Shown here piece after piece: positions 18,506-28,869 of a stretch of 64,000 bases of DNA; position 1 is the stretch's first letter; every line of letters begins with the position of its first letter. Position numbers and translations under genes: made by a program. The notes under the pieces were generated by a model that saw only the letters and a program-made list of their open reading frames with translations, had not been told where the DNA came from and ran no database searches. This stretch comes from an uncultured Eubacterium sp. (GTDB taxonomy: Bacteria; Bacillota; Clostridia; Lachnospirales; Lachnospiraceae): assembly GCA_945939115.1 (NCBI GenBank), contig CAMEVC010000011.1:7509-71508 (forward strand), in the 5' to 3' direction.

Positions 18506-19531
18506 ATGCCGAAACCGACTAACAGTATGGATAGAGAAATGGATGGCGTAGAGAAGGCTGCAACCCTTCTTATTGCGCTTGGCCCTGAGAAATCAGCTCA
18601 GATATTTAAACATTTGAAAGAAGAAGAAATAGAACAGTTGACGCTGGAGATTGCTAATACAAGCAGTGTATCACCTCAGACTAAGGAAAAGGTACTGAAT
18701 GAGTTCTATGAGATATGTCTTGCCCAGCAGTATATTGCCGAAGGTGGTATCTCTTATGCCAAAGAGCTTCTTGAGAAAGCTCTCGGTGAGGAGAAAGCAA
18801 GGGATGTTATTGGAAAGCTTACAGCGAGTCTTCAGGTTCGTCCTTTCGAATTTATCAGAAAGACAGATTCTACGCAGCTTCTTAACTTTATTCAGGATGA
18901 GCATCCACAGACTATAGCGTTGATACTTTCATATCTTCCTGCACAGCAGGCATCTAATGTTGTATCAGCTCTTCCACCTGAGAAACAGGCAGATGTTGCT
19001 AAGCGTATTGCAACCATGGACAGAACTTCACCGGATGTAATTAAGCAGGTAGAGAAGGTACTTGAGCGTAAGCTGGCATCCTTAGTTAATCAGGATTACA
19101 CGATTGTCGGAGGTGTCGATGCTATCGTTGAAATCCTTAATTCTGTTGACCGTGGTACAGAGAAACATATTATGGAGACTCTCGAGGTTGAAGAACCAGA
19201 GCTTGCCGATGAAATCCGCAAGAAGATGTTTGTATTTGAGGATATCCTTTCTCTTGACAACAGAGCTATTCAGAGAGTTCTCAGGGATGTTGATAACCAC
19301 GACCTTGCACTTGCTCTTAAGGGCGCAACAGAAGAGGTTCAGAATGTTATTCTTAACAACCTGTCATCTCGTCTTGCTTCAATGATTAAGGAAGATATGG
19401 AATATATGGGTCCTGTTCGTATGAAGGATGTTGAGGATGCTCAGCAGAAGATTGTTAATATAATCAGAAAGCTCGAAGATTCAGCGGAGATTGTAATTTC
19501 ACGAGGCGGAGGTGACGAGATAATTGTCTAA
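18506..19531 (+). CDS. fliG: Flagellar motor switch protein FliG
   Basis: GVEKAATLLIALGPEKSAQIFKHL, the EHPQTIALIL motif, and the C-terminal torque helix region MKDVEDAQQKIVNIIRKLE. The track start TTG 18491 was replaced by ATG 18506, which follows GGAG. Confidence 0.95.
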   Translation: MPKPTNSMDREMDGVEKAATLLIALGPEKSAQIFKHLKEEEIEQLTLEIANTSSVSPQTKEKVLNEFYEICLAQQYIAEGGISYAKELLEKALGEEKARDVIGKLTASLQVRPFEFIRKTDSTQLLNFIQDEHPQTIALILSYLPAQQASNVVSALPPEKQADVAKRIATMDRTSPDVIKQVEKVLERKLASLVNQDYTIVGGVDAIVEILNSVDRGTEKHIMETLEVEEPELADEIRKKMFVFEDILSLDNRAIQRVLRDVDNHDLALALKGATEEVQNVILNNLSSRLASMIKEDMEYMGPVRMKDVEDAQQKIVNIIRKLEDSAEIVISRGGGDEIIV

Positions 19532-20354
19532 TCTGTTGAAACGAGGAACTACAATTAACAAGGATGAACGGGTTATTGACTACAATGAACTTATCAGACA
19601 GAAACTGCAGAAGATAATGGATGATAAGCAGGGACGTGTTGATCCGGATGGATTTGTCAATGGACTTCAGGCTGATGTTGTGCAGGAACTTATATCTGAT
19701 GATACAGTGGATGCACTTACAGACGATTATGATGCTGACGCACAGGCGGCAGCTTCTTTAGAAGAAATCAATGACCAGGCTGCGCAGATAATAGGGGATG
19801 CTGAGACAAGGGCTCAGGAAATTATTGATAATGCTAATATGGAGGCAGATAGAATTGCCGATGAGGCAAGAATGTCCGGATATGCTGAGGGAAGTGCCAG
19901 AGCTGATGCAGATATAGAACAGAAGCGTATAGAGCTGGAGGAAGAGTACAACCGAAGGAAAGAACAACTTGAGGATGAGTACGAAAAGCTCAGAGAATCA
20001 GTGGAACCTGAGCTGGTGGATATAATAACAGAGGTATTCAGAAAGGTTACACATGTTGTATCAGAAGATAACCATGATATAATTCTCCATCTCATTAATG
20101 ATGTCATGCATAATGCAGAAGGGAATAAGGAGTTTACAATTAAGGTTTCCCCTGAAGACTACAGATTTCTTGTTAATAATCAGGGAAAGATTTATTGTGC
20201 TATGTCTAGAGAAGTGAATATTGATATAGTTGAAGATACTACTATGAAACGCAATGAGTGCATGATTGAGACTGGCACAGGAATATTTAACTGCAGTCTT
20301 GATATTGAACTTGATAATGTTATCAAGAATATCAAACTGCTTAGCTGTATATAG
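19524..20354 (+). CDS. fliH: Flagellar assembly protein FliH
   Basis: The position between fliG and fliI, the central A/E/R-rich coiled coil ([23 protein letters not shown]) and a FliH-like C-terminal domain. TTG start overlaps the fliG stop. Confidence 0.8.
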   Translation: MSNLLKRGTTINKDERVIDYNELIRQKLQKIMDDKQGRVDPDGFVNGLQADVVQELISDDTVDALTDDYDADAQAAASLEEINDQAAQIIGDAETRAQEIIDNANMEADRIADEARMSGYAEGSARADADIEQKRIELEEEYNRRKEQLEDEYEKLRESVEPELVDIITEVFRKVTHVVSEDNHDIILHLINDVMHNAEGNKEFTIKVSPEDYRFLVNNQGKIYCAMSREVNIDIVEDTTMKRNECMIETGTGIFNCSLDIELDNVIKNIKLLSCI

Positions 20355-20401
20355 ACAGCACTCGCGACATTAACAGGCAGAGACAGCAAAGGGAGGATTG
20401 T

Positions 20402-21751
20402 ATGGGTTTTGTTGACAGAAATAAATATATGGCAATGACAGAGAAATCCTTCTATAAAAAGCTGGGAAAGGTAACTAAGATAGTTGGCCTTACCATTGAA
20501 TCGGTGGGGCCGGATGCGAGACTTAATGATTTGTGCAGGATATATTCTGCGGATAAAAGCCAGGAACTCTACGCTGAGGTGGTTGGATTTAATGACTCCT
20601 ATGTTCTTCTTATGCCTTTTGATGTGGTGGATGGAATCGGACCCGGAAGTATTGTCGAGAATATGGAGAAGCCATTGTCGGTTAAGGTTGGAAAGGACAT
20701 ATTAGGGCATACGCTTGATGGACTCGGAAACCCTACTGACGGAGCATGGTTTGAGTTTACTGAGGAATATCCGGTGGAGGCTGCTCCTCCGGACCCTATG
20801 GAAAGGGAAATCATAAGTCAGGTTCTTCCGTTGGGAGTTAAAGCTGTAGATGGACTGCTTACTGTTGGCAAGGGACAGCGTATAGGTATATTTGCCGGGA
20901 GTGGCGTTGGAAAAAGTACCCTCCTTGGTATGTTTGCCAGAAATACCAAGGCGGATATTAATGTTATTGCCCTTATAGGAGAGCGTGGGCGAGAGGTGCG
21001 AGAGTTCGTTGAGAGGGACCTTGGACCGGAAGGTATGGCACGGAGTGTACTTGTTGTGGCTACATCAGATAAGCCGGCGCTCATAAGGAATAAGGCTGCC
21101 AAAACTGCTACTGCAATTGCAGAGTATTTCAGGGATCAGGGAAAGGATGTTCTTCTGATGATGGATTCGCTGACAAGATTTTCGATGGCACAGAGAGAAA
21201 TCGGTCTTGCCTCCGGAGAACCACCGGTTACCAGAGGGTATCCGCCAAGCGTGTACAGCGAGATGCCAAAGCTTTTGGAAAGAGCAGGAATGTCAGATAA
21301 AGGTTCAATTACAGGTTTGTATACAGTGCTTGTTGACGGTGATGATTTTAATGAACCTATAACAGATACAGCACGAAGTATTCTTGATGGACACATAATG
21401 CTTTCGAGAAAGTTAGGACAGAAAAATCATTACCCGGCTATTGATGTGCTGCAGAGTATATCAAGATGTATGAGCCAGATAGTTGATAAGAAACATAAAC
21501 AGATGGCAGGACGGCTAAAAAATGTTCTGGCTACATATACCGAGGCTGAGGATCTTATTAATATCGGAGCCTATAAGAACGGTTCTAATAAGAATATTGA
21601 TTATGCAATATATAAGATAGATGCTGTCAATAAATTTCTTATGCAGCAGACTGATGAGAAATTTGATTTCGAAGATGAGATTATTCAGTTGTCAGATATT
21701 TTTTCTGATTATGAAGAATTCGAGAATGGAACACTTCAGTTGAAGAGATGA
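20402..21751 (+). CDS. fliI: Flagellum-specific ATP synthase FliI
   Basis: Walker A GSGVGKST, Walker [12 protein letters not shown]1-beta-like fold signatures ([28 protein letters not shown]). Confidence 0.97.
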   Translation: MGFVDRNKYMAMTEKSFYKKLGKVTKIVGLTIESVGPDARLNDLCRIYSADKSQELYAEVVGFNDSYVLLMPFDVVDGIGPGSIVENMEKPLSVKVGKDILGHTLDGLGNPTDGAWFEFTEEYPVEAAPPDPMEREIISQVLPLGVKAVDGLLTVGKGQRIGIFAGSGVGKSTLLGMFARNTKADINVIALIGERGREVREFVERDLGPEGMARSVLVVATSDKPALIRNKAAKTATAIAEYFRDQGKDVLLMMDSLTRFSMAQREIGLASGEPPVTRGYPPSVYSEMPKLLERAGMSDKGSITGLYTVLVDGDDFNEPITDTARSILDGHIMLSRKLGQKNHYPAIDVLQSISRCMSQIVDKKHKQMAGRLKNVLATYTEAEDLINIGAYKNGSNKNIDYAIYKIDAVNKFLMQQTDEKFDFEDEIIQLSDIFSDYEEFENGTLQLKR

Positions 21752-21762
21752 CGGAGGCGTGA

Positions 21763-22212
21763 ATGGCTAAGTTCGTTTATGGTATGCAAAATGTTCTGAG
21801 TATTAAGGAACGTCTTGAAACACAAGCTAAAACAGAATATGCCGAGGCGAATAACCGTCTGTCAATAGAGGAGGACGCCATGCGCAGGCTTATGCGCAGA
21901 CTTGATTCTTATCAGCAGCAGGCGAAGGTGCTTGAGGGAGAAAAACTTGATATTCACAAGATGCGCCATTGCAATGATGCAATCAGAATAATTAAGAATC
22001 AGATAACGCAGCAGGCAGTCCGCATAAGGATTGCCGAGAATAATGTTGACAAGGCTATGCAGAAACTCACGGAAGCTGTTCAGGATAGGAAAATTCACGA
22101 GAAGCTGAAAGAAAAAGCATTTGAGCAGTTTAAGCTTGAGCTTAATGCACAGGAAATGAAAGAAATAGACGAAACTGTTAGCTTTAACTATAATAACAGG
22201 GATGAGGAATGA
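21763..22212 (+). CDS. fliJ: Flagellar export chaperone FliJ
   Basis: 149-aa all-helical coiled-coil protein immediately after fliI, with the typical N-terminus F.Y.MQNVL.IKE. Confidence 0.8.
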   Translation: MAKFVYGMQNVLSIKERLETQAKTEYAEANNRLSIEEDAMRRLMRRLDSYQQQAKVLEGEKLDIHKMRHCNDAIRIIKNQITQQAVRIRIAENNVDKAMQKLTEAVQDRKIHEKLKEKAFEQFKLELNAQEMKEIDETVSFNYNNRDEE

Positions 22213-22213
22213 T

Positions 22214-22972
22214 ATGGCTAAGAAAAAAGATGTTAATATTGATGAATTAGATGATGAATCAGGAAAGAGCGGGAAGCTTGTAAGCATACTGGTTGCTATT
22301 CTTATTATTGCAATATGGTTAGTAATATTTGCATTGCTTATCAAGATGAATGTTGGAGGCATAGGAAGCATGCTAAGGCCTTATCTTAAGAATGTTCCGG
22401 TTATTAATCAGATTCTTCCTGCTGCCACTGATGAGGAGGTAAAGGAAGAGACCGGAAACAGATATAAGAATCTTTCAGAGGCTGTTGACAGGATTAAGGA
22501 GCTTGAGGCTCAGCTTAATCAGTACACTAATGATGGAAATGCATCATCACAGACAATTTCCGAACTTAAAGCTGAGATAGCACGACTTAAAGTATTTGAG
22601 GAGAATGCAGGACGTTATCAGGAACTGAAGGACAAGTTTGATAAGGATGTTGTATATACTGATAATGCTCCGTCAATAGATAACTATAAGACATGGTATG
22701 AGAGTATTGACCCGGAGAATGCAGCACAGATATATGAACAGGTTGTAAAGGATTTGCAATATTCACAGCAGGTGAGGGACTGGGCTGAGACTTATTCTAA
22801 GATGGATGCTAAAAATGCTGCTGCCATACTGGAAGAGATGACAGGTGATACGGATCTTGTATCTGATATTCTTTTGTGTATGACATCAAAGCAGAGAGCT
22901 GCCATTCTTGCAGAGATGGACCCGGTATTTGCTGCTAAACTTACTGTGATTATGTACCCGGAAAAGGGTTAA
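22214..22972 (+). CDS. YlxF/MotE-like flagellar protein with MgtE-N-like domain
   Basis: N-terminal TM span, coiled coil, and C-terminal AAILEEMTGD...MTSKQRAAILAEMDP (MgtE intracellular N-domain-like). It has the same position as B. subtilis ylxF. ATG 22214 follows GAGGAA and is preferred over the track start 22202. Confidence 0.75.
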   Translation: MAKKKDVNIDELDDESGKSGKLVSILVAILIIAIWLVIFALLIKMNVGGIGSMLRPYLKNVPVINQILPAATDEEVKEETGNRYKNLSEAVDRIKELEAQLNQYTNDGNASSQTISELKAEIARLKVFEENAGRYQELKDKFDKDVVYTDNAPSIDNYKTWYESIDPENAAQIYEQVVKDLQYSQQVRDWAETYSKMDAKNAAAILEEMTGDTDLVSDILLCMTSKQRAAILAEMDPVFAAKLTVIMYPEKG

Positions 22973-22996
22973 GTTTATTTGGAAAGCCTCCGATAT
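22970..22996 (+). promoter_or_regulatory. Candidate sigma-28 (SigD/FliA)-type promoter upstream of fliK
   Basis: TAAG (22970-22973), 15-nt spacer, TCCGATAT (22989-22996), compared with the B. subtilis SigD consensus TAAA-N15-GCCGATAT. It lies in the 77-nt gap before fliK and is the only CCGATAT in any intergenic region of the window. Confidence 0.35.
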
Positions 22997-23049
22997 ACAT
23001 ATATGATTAGAGAGAGTCTAATTAAATATATGAGAAAGGAGGACATGAT

Positions 23050-24420
23050 ATGGTTAGTTCAGCTATTTCAGGTATGATGAAAAGCACTGTATCTCCGGTA
23101 TCGGGTGTGGATAAGCAGACCGGAATCAGGGATGCCTTTGATATGGATTTTGCCAAAGCTATGAGTAAGACAACTGATGGCGATTCTGGAAGAACAGTTT
23201 CTAAAGATACCAGAAGCTACTCTGCAACATCAGATTCTGTTATGAATCTTACATCCAGAGATAATGTGAAAAAATCAGATTCTGATGTAAAGAAAAATGA
23301 GACTCCGGATAATAATAGTGATTCTCTGAAGTCTGATATAAGTAATGGAGTGTCAGAGATTAAGAATAAAATCAAGGACACTATGAATGTTTCTGATGAA
23401 GAGATAGAAGATGCCATGGAACAGCTTGGCATGACTTATGTGGATATGCTGGATATACAGAAGGTAACAGACCTTGTTGTTTTGCTCAGTGGCAATGAAG
23501 ATTCGCTAAGCTTCGTGACAGATTCTGATGCAGTTTTGCAGCTTAACAGTATTCTTGATACATTAAGTCTTGTAACTGATTCACTGGTTGAACAGACGGG
23601 AATGAGTATTGAAGATATTAAGGATATTGCATCCCATATGTTTAATGAGGGTGAGATGGCTGCACAGGATACGGACTCAGATGTTCAGAATAATTACACT
23701 GATGTTGTTGATGTAAAACAACCACAGAAGGATTTAACTGAATATGATAGCAGTGATGCAGACCACAAGACGGGAGACACTCTGAAAGAAGTTCTGTCAG
23801 AGAAGATACAGATAGGACAGGAACAGGGCAGCGATAAGAAAGGAAACGACCCACATACACATATGTCTGATAAGGCTTATGATGGCATTGAACAGATTAC
23901 TGCTGATATGACCCGGAATATTGAAAGGGCTTTCAGTGAAATTGCAGATGATGTGCAGAATATCAATGAAGTTGATATTGTTAGGCAGGTTGTTGAGCAG
24001 ATTAAAGTCACTGCAGGACAGCAGCTTCAGAGTATAGAAGTAATGCTGAATCCTGAGAATCTCGGACATGTTCATGTGACTGTCACATCGAGACAGGGGG
24101 CGGTTACAGCACAGCTTACAGCACAGAATGAGCAGGTTAAGGCTGCTTTGGAAAATCAGATGGTAGCGTTGAAGGAACATTTTAATAATCAGGGCATTAA
24201 AGTGGAGGCTGTTGAAATCACTGTTCAGAGCCACAGATTTGAATCACAGCAGAATCTTTCAGGAAATGATTCTAATCAGGCACAACAGGAGAGAAAGACT
24301 CACAGAAGACTTGATCTTAGCAGTATTGATGAACTTGATGAATCAGAGATGACTGACAGTGAGATAAGAGCAAGAGATTCGATAGTAAATGGCAACAGCA
24401 GTGTTGAATATTCAGCGTAA
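23050..24420 (+). CDS. fliK: Flagellar hook-length control protein FliK
   Basis: Long D/S/T-rich disordered N-terminal part. Conserved C-terminal Flg_hook domain: LNPENLGHVHVTVTSRQGAVTAQLTAQNEQVKAALENQMVALKEHFNNQGIKV. Confidence 0.9.
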   Translation: MVSSAISGMMKSTVSPVSGVDKQTGIRDAFDMDFAKAMSKTTDGDSGRTVSKDTRSYSATSDSVMNLTSRDNVKKSDSDVKKNETPDNNSDSLKSDISNGVSEIKNKIKDTMNVSDEEIEDAMEQLGMTYVDMLDIQKVTDLVVLLSGNEDSLSFVTDSDAVLQLNSILDTLSLVTDSLVEQTGMSIEDIKDIASHMFNEGEMAAQDTDSDVQNNYTDVVDVKQPQKDLTEYDSSDADHKTGDTLKEVLSEKIQIGQEQGSDKKGNDPHTHMSDKAYDGIEQITADMTRNIERAFSEIADDVQNINEVDIVRQVVEQIKVTAGQQLQSIEVMLNPENLGHVHVTVTSRQGAVTAQLTAQNEQVKAALENQMVALKEHFNNQGIKVEAVEITVQSHRFESQQNLSGNDSNQAQQERKTHRRLDLSSIDELDESEMTDSEIRARDSIVNGNSSVEYSA

Positions 24421-24451
24421 AACATTAATTATTGCAGAAAGGAGAGAACAG

Positions 24452-24991
24452 ATGGCTAGTACAATTGGTGCATATTCATATGTCAAGAACGATGGTAGCT
24501 TATCTACCAGTGATGATATTAATACTAATCTTAGTTCCACAGGAAAGAGTAAGAATTCTTCAAGTAAAACTACTCTTGATGTTGACCAGTTCTTACAGTT
24601 GATGGTTGCTGAAATGCAGAATCAGGATCCGCTTGAACCTACAGATAATTCGTCTTATATGGCTCAGCTTGCTACATTTACACAGGTGGAAGCTACTAAA
24701 GAGATGAATGTCAATACACTCCAGAGCATGGCATCGGATCTTGTTGGCAAACAGGTTATTATGACTACAACACAGAACTCTGATGGCTATATTGGAGGAA
24801 CAGTAGATTACTGGGAGACAATCAATGGTACTGTATACCTCGGAATCGGTGGCAAGTTGTATGACATAGGGGATCTGGATACTGTTATGGATAAAGCATA
24901 CTTTGATAAGTGGAACGGTACTGCTGATACCGGTGATACAGATAATACAGATAACAATGAAGTGGAAGATGCGAATAAGACTGGGGAGTGA
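24452..24991 (+). CDS. flgD: Flagellar hook capping/assembly protein FlgD
   Basis: FLQLMVAEMQNQDPLEPTDNSSYMAQLATFTQVE is the FlgD signature. ATG 24452 follows AAAGGAGAG (track start 24389 rejected). Confidence 0.93.
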   Translation: MASTIGAYSYVKNDGSLSTSDDINTNLSSTGKSKNSSSKTTLDVDQFLQLMVAEMQNQDPLEPTDNSSYMAQLATFTQVEATKEMNVNTLQSMASDLVGKQVIMTTTQNSDGYIGGTVDYWETINGTVYLGIGGKLYDIGDLDTVMDKAYFDKWNGTADTGDTDNTDNNEVEDANKTGE

Positions 24992-24996
24992 CCGCT

Positions 24997-25428
24997 ATGA
25001 TGAATAATATGATTAATGGCAGCATTGCTTCAATTGAACAGATGACAGATATTATTGGTAAGAATAATTCTAAAAATAATGTCGAAAAGACTTATGAAGG
25101 AAAAACTTTTGCCGATATATATAACCAGAAGCGTTCGATTGAAGAGGTTATTTCTGACAGCGATATTACATCAGGACAACTGAAGTTTTCTAAGCATGCG
25201 GGTGAGAGACTTGGACAGAGAGATATTCAGTTATCAGATGAACAGATGATGAGGCTTAAGGAAGGAACCGAAAAAGCAATCTCGAAAGGAATCAAGGAAT
25301 CTCTCGTTATTGTCGATGATTTGTCCTTTATAGTTAATACAAAGAACAGAACAGTGATAACGGCGATGGATCAGAACAACAATGAAGACAATATCTACAC
25401 GAATATTGATGGAGCGGTAATTATTTAG
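24997..25428 (+). CDS. Flagellar operon protein of the flg_new (TIGR02530-like) family
   Basis: The position between flgD and flgE, and the motif LKFSKHAGERLGQRDIQLSDEQMMRLKEG, which I recall as typical for this Firmicutes family. ATG 24997 follows GGGGAG. Confidence 0.65.
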   Translation: MMNNMINGSIASIEQMTDIIGKNNSKNNVEKTYEGKTFADIYNQKRSIEEVISDSDITSGQLKFSKHAGERLGQRDIQLSDEQMMRLKEGTEKAISKGIKESLVIVDDLSFIVNTKNRTVITAMDQNNNEDNIYTNIDGAVII

Positions 25429-25537
25429 CTGGACCGAAAGGAAGCATACGTTCCCGACTGCCTGAAGGAACGAAACGGCTTTATCAATATGGTGTCATCA
25501 GGATATTTGGCTATAATCTTATTGGAGGAACAATATT

Positions 25538-26863
25538 ATGATGAGATCAATGTATTCTGCTGTGTCAGGTCTTAAGGCACATCAGACAAGAATGGACGTT
25601 ATTGGTAACAATATCGCCAATGTTAATACTGTGGCATATAAGTCACAGTCAATGACATTTTCAGAAGTATTCTATCAGACAACACAGACTGCATCAGGCC
25701 CTAATGCTGAAACTGGCAAGGGTGGTACTAATGCCATGCAGATCGGTCTTGGTTCTTCTGTTGGTTCAATCTCTACAGCAATTTCTACTGAAGGTGCTTC
25801 AGAGAGAACAGATAACGCTTTTGACCTTAAAATTGGCGGAAGCGCATTCTTTATTGTAAACAGTTCAGGTAATACATTCTTTACCAGAGCAGGTAATTTT
25901 AAGGTTGACGAGTCAGGAGCACTTGTTACAGCCGGTGGTGCCAATGTAATGGGATGGCAGGTTGACGAGACAGGAAAGGCAATTAAGGATGTTGTATCCA
26001 AGCTTTATGTAAACAGTCCGGAGTTTGCTTATACATCTCCACAGAGAACATCAGCCGTCAATCTTACTGGTAATATTAATGCGGACTCTAAGGATACAAT
26101 GACAACTACACTTAATTTCTATGACAGTGTAGGTAATTCATTCCAGGCGACAGTTAATCTTAGATATGCCGGAGTTCAGGGAGATAATACACAGTATACA
26201 ATTGAGCCTGTGTCTGTATCAAAGAACGGAACCCCTACAGACCTTACATTTACAGCATCAGGACCTTTATCATTCAATACACTTACAGGTCTTGCAGATG
26301 CGTCAAATGCATCTATACAGCTTACTTTAGCTAATGACCCTAACCTTACACAGACGAATGAAAATGTTGATTTGAGAACGGTAGGTGAGAGTGAAAATAA
26401 TCCGGTTCTTACACTGGATGCTTCCGGAATTACAATGTATGCAGATAAAACAGCTTTAAAGGGTGACCTTGGAATAGACGGGGTTGGAAAAGGAAAGGCT
26501 GTTGGTAAGATGACTTCTGTTGGTATTGATAATTCAGGATATATTGTTGCAAGCTATAGCAATGGTGATACCAAGAATATCGGACAGATTGCTGTTGCAA
26601 CATTTTCTAATGCGGAAGGTCTTCAGAAGGAGGGCGAAAATCTTTATTCAGCAACACTTAACTCAGGTTCTTTTGATGGAATTGGTGAGGATATTACAGC
26701 AAGTGATGGCAGTATTTCTTCCGGAGTTCTTGAAATGTCCAATGTGGACCTTTCATCTGAGTTTACTAACATGATTACTACGCAGAGAGGCTATCAGGCT
26801 AACTCAAGAATCATCACTGTATCAGATACACTTCTTGAGGAACTTATTAATCTTAAGAGATAA
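25538..26863 (+). CDS. flgE: Flagellar hook protein FlgE
   Basis: N-terminus MRSMYSAVSGLKAHQTRMDVIGNNIANVNTVAYK. C-terminus LEMSNVDLSSEFTNMITTQRGYQANSRIITVSDTLLEELINLKR. Confidence 0.97.
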   Translation: MMRSMYSAVSGLKAHQTRMDVIGNNIANVNTVAYKSQSMTFSEVFYQTTQTASGPNAETGKGGTNAMQIGLGSSVGSISTAISTEGASERTDNAFDLKIGGSAFFIVNSSGNTFFTRAGNFKVDESGALVTAGGANVMGWQVDETGKAIKDVVSKLYVNSPEFAYTSPQRTSAVNLTGNINADSKDTMTTTLNFYDSVGNSFQATVNLRYAGVQGDNTQYTIEPVSVSKNGTPTDLTFTASGPLSFNTLTGLADASNASIQLTLANDPNLTQTNENVDLRTVGESENNPVLTLDASGITMYADKTALKGDLGIDGVGKGKAVGKMTSVGIDNSGYIVASYSNGDTKNIGQIAVATFSNAEGLQKEGENLYSATLNSGSFDGIGEDITASDGSISSGVLEMSNVDLSSEFTNMITTQRGYQANSRIITVSDTLLEELINLKR

Positions 26864-26884
26864 TTGAACATTTTTTGCAGATTA

Positions 26885-26912
26885 CGCCTCGAAATTAATA
26901 TATTTCGGGGCG
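26885..26912 (+). terminator. Stem-loop after flgE (weak terminator, attenuator or mRNA-stabilising hairpin)
   Basis: CGCCTCGAAAT / ATTTCGGGGCG form an 11-bp stem with one mismatch and a 6-nt loop. The hairpin is followed by TTTGCAGTATTTTTT rather than an immediate U-tract. Confidence 0.45.
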
Positions 26913-27023
26913 TTTGCAGTATTTTTTGAAAGTATTAGTTGCAATAATTGATTATAAGTGTTTTAATATATATAGTTGATTTTAATGGGGGTACTATACC
27001 TTATCTAGTATCAGGGAGGAATT

Positions 27024-27224
27024 ATGATTGACGTTACAAGACTTAATGGAAAGAATTTTGTACTTAACGCAGAATTAATTGAAGTCATGGAAGAAACACC
27101 TGATACAGTTATTACATTGACTACAGGACATAAGTATCTTGTGAAGGAAAGTGTGGATGAAGTACTTGACAAGATATATGCATATAAGAGAAAGATTGTG
27201 GCAGGGATGATTAGTAATCCTTGA
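27024..27224 (+). CDS. flbD: Flagellar protein FlbD
   Basis: 66 aa; MIDVTRLNGKNFVLNAELIEVMEETPDTVITLTTGHKYLVKESVDEV matches the FlbD family pattern. Sits directly upstream of motA. Confidence 0.88.
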   Translation: MIDVTRLNGKNFVLNAELIEVMEETPDTVITLTTGHKYLVKESVDEVLDKIYAYKRKIVAGMISNP

Positions 27225-27254
27225 GGAACATAAGAGATTTGGAAGGGGCAACAT

Positions 27255-28055
27255 ATGGATATAGCAACACTGTTGGGAATAGTATTAGGATTTGTTATGG
27301 TTATATTTGGTATTGTCACTAGTGGTAGTACATCATTAAAGGCCATAACAGATGCATTTGTTGATTTGCCGTCAATTTTCGTTACAATTGGTGGTTCTAT
27401 TTCGGGAATGCTGGCATCATATACATTTAAGACTTTTTTAGGACATCTTAAGGGATTCAGCATTGCAATGAAGGACCCTAAGATTGATAACGCCCAGGTT
27501 ATTTCCAAGATTATAGAACTTTCTAACACGGCCAGAAAAGAAGGACTTCTTGCATTAGAGGAGGTTGCACAGGGGCTGGATGATGAGTTTATGAAGAAAG
27601 GTATTCTTCTTATTGTGGATGGTACTGAGCCGGAGCTGGTAAGAGGAATACTTGAGACAGAACTTGTCAATCTGGATACAAGACACAGAAGTACGATTGG
27701 TTTCTTTGATAACTGGGCAGCACTTGCTCCTGCATGGGGAATGATAGGAACTCTTATCGGTCTTGTTAATATGTTAAAGAATCTTTCAGATACTGCATCA
27801 ATTGGACCTAGTATGGCGGTTGCACTTCTTACAACACTTTATGGTTCTTTGATTGCCAACTGGATATGTGTGCCTATCTCTAACAAGCTGAAGCTTCAGA
27901 ACAATGATGAGTATCAGCTTAAGGAGATTGTTATAGAAGGACTCCTTTCTATTCAGGCTGGAGAAAACCCAAGAGTTATTGAGGAGAAATTAAAATCTTT
28001 CCTTGCACCTTCTGCAAGAACATCTTTATCAGATGAAAGGGGAGGTGAAGGCTGA
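27255..28055 (+). CDS. motA: Flagellar motor stator protein MotA
   Basis: Four TM segments and the conserved C-terminal region APAWGMIGTLIGLVNML ... ALLTTLYGSLIANWICVPI. Confidence 0.93.
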   Translation: MDIATLLGIVLGFVMVIFGIVTSGSTSLKAITDAFVDLPSIFVTIGGSISGMLASYTFKTFLGHLKGFSIAMKDPKIDNAQVISKIIELSNTARKEGLLALEEVAQGLDDEFMKKGILLIVDGTEPELVRGILETELVNLDTRHRSTIGFFDNWAALAPAWGMIGTLIGLVNMLKNLSDTASIGPSMAVALLTTLYGSLIANWICVPISNKLKLQNNDEYQLKEIVIEGLLSIQAGENPRVIEEKLKSFLAPSARTSLSDERGGEG

Positions 28056-28855
28056 TGGCAAAGAGACGCGCAGAGGACACACCACCAGCAGCCCTCTGGA
28101 AAGATACTTTTTCGGATCTTATGAATCTGCTGTTGTGTTTCTTTGTCCTTCTGTTTTCTATGTCTACTGTGGATTCACAGAAGTTTGAGGAGATTGCGGC
28201 TTCTCTCTCATCAAGTTTCAGCGTTCTTCCGTCAGGAGGTTCAGCACTGTCTAAGGAGGGAATTCTGGTAAGCAGTGGTGCAAGTCAGCTTAATGACCTG
28301 AGTACACACTATAACAATATGGGGCTTAATACTGATGCTGATATGTCACAGGATGTGCAGTCTGCATATGATGAAGTTGAGAAGGAAGGGCTTGAAGAAT
28401 CAGAAAATATGGCTGAGGAGATTGAGAATAAGCTTTTACAGAGCGGTGTGGCTGACCAGGTGGAAGTTACGGCCTACAGCAAATATGTCATGCTTAATGT
28501 AAGCGGAGGCATACTTTTTGATTCGGGAAAGGCAGAACTCACAACGGAGGCGAGAGCCTTGCTTGACAAGGTGGGGGATGCACTTGTTGATTATGATGAT
28601 AACATTATTACGATAGAGGGACATACAGATAATGTTCCGATTAACACAGCCCGTTATCCTAATAATATGATGCTTTCACTTTACAGAGCATATAGTGTTT
28701 TTGATTTCTTTGTCTCAGAGAAAGGCTTTTCTGAAAAAAGCATGTCATCATCGGGCAGAGGGGATGCGGTTCCTATAGCGACTAATGATACGCCGGAGGG
28801 ACGTGCACAGAACAGAAGAGTTGAAATTAAAGTATATAATTCAATTAACAGCTGA
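28055..28855 (+). CDS. motB: Flagellar motor stator protein MotB (OmpA-like C-terminal domain)
   Basis: ATGA overlap with motA. Plug/TM region WKDTFSDLMNLLLCFFVLLFSMS with the conserved Asp. OmpA-like domain GHTDNVPI...NMMLSLYRAYSV...NRRVEI. Confidence 0.93.
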   Translation: MAKRRAEDTPPAALWKDTFSDLMNLLLCFFVLLFSMSTVDSQKFEEIAASLSSSFSVLPSGGSALSKEGILVSSGASQLNDLSTHYNNMGLNTDADMSQDVQSAYDEVEKEGLEESENMAEEIENKLLQSGVADQVEVTAYSKYVMLNVSGGILFDSGKAELTTEARALLDKVGDALVDYDDNIITIEGHTDNVPINTARYPNNMMLSLYRAYSVFDFFVSEKGFSEKSMSSSGRGDAVPIATNDTPEGRAQNRRVEIKVYNSINS

Positions 28856-28869
28856 CAGGAGGATTGCTC

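Noticed and set aside
25429-25537. 108-nt gap before flgE with moderately GC-rich sequence, considered as a structured RNA or riboswitch.
   Set aside because: I could find only 4-bp complementary stretches and no convincing stem or known motif.
27011-27670. 219-aa minus-strand ORF, and similar long antisense ORFs at 21862-22371, 34431-35003, 40946-41482, 42616-43149, 43344-44039, 48556-49056 and 57394-57891.
   Set aside because: All lie entirely antisense to plus-strand genes with unmistakable conserved motifs (flbD/motA, fliJ, flhB, cheB, cheA, rseP and others). They have no RBS and S/I/L/P-rich junk composition typical of antisense frames in AT-rich coding DNA.
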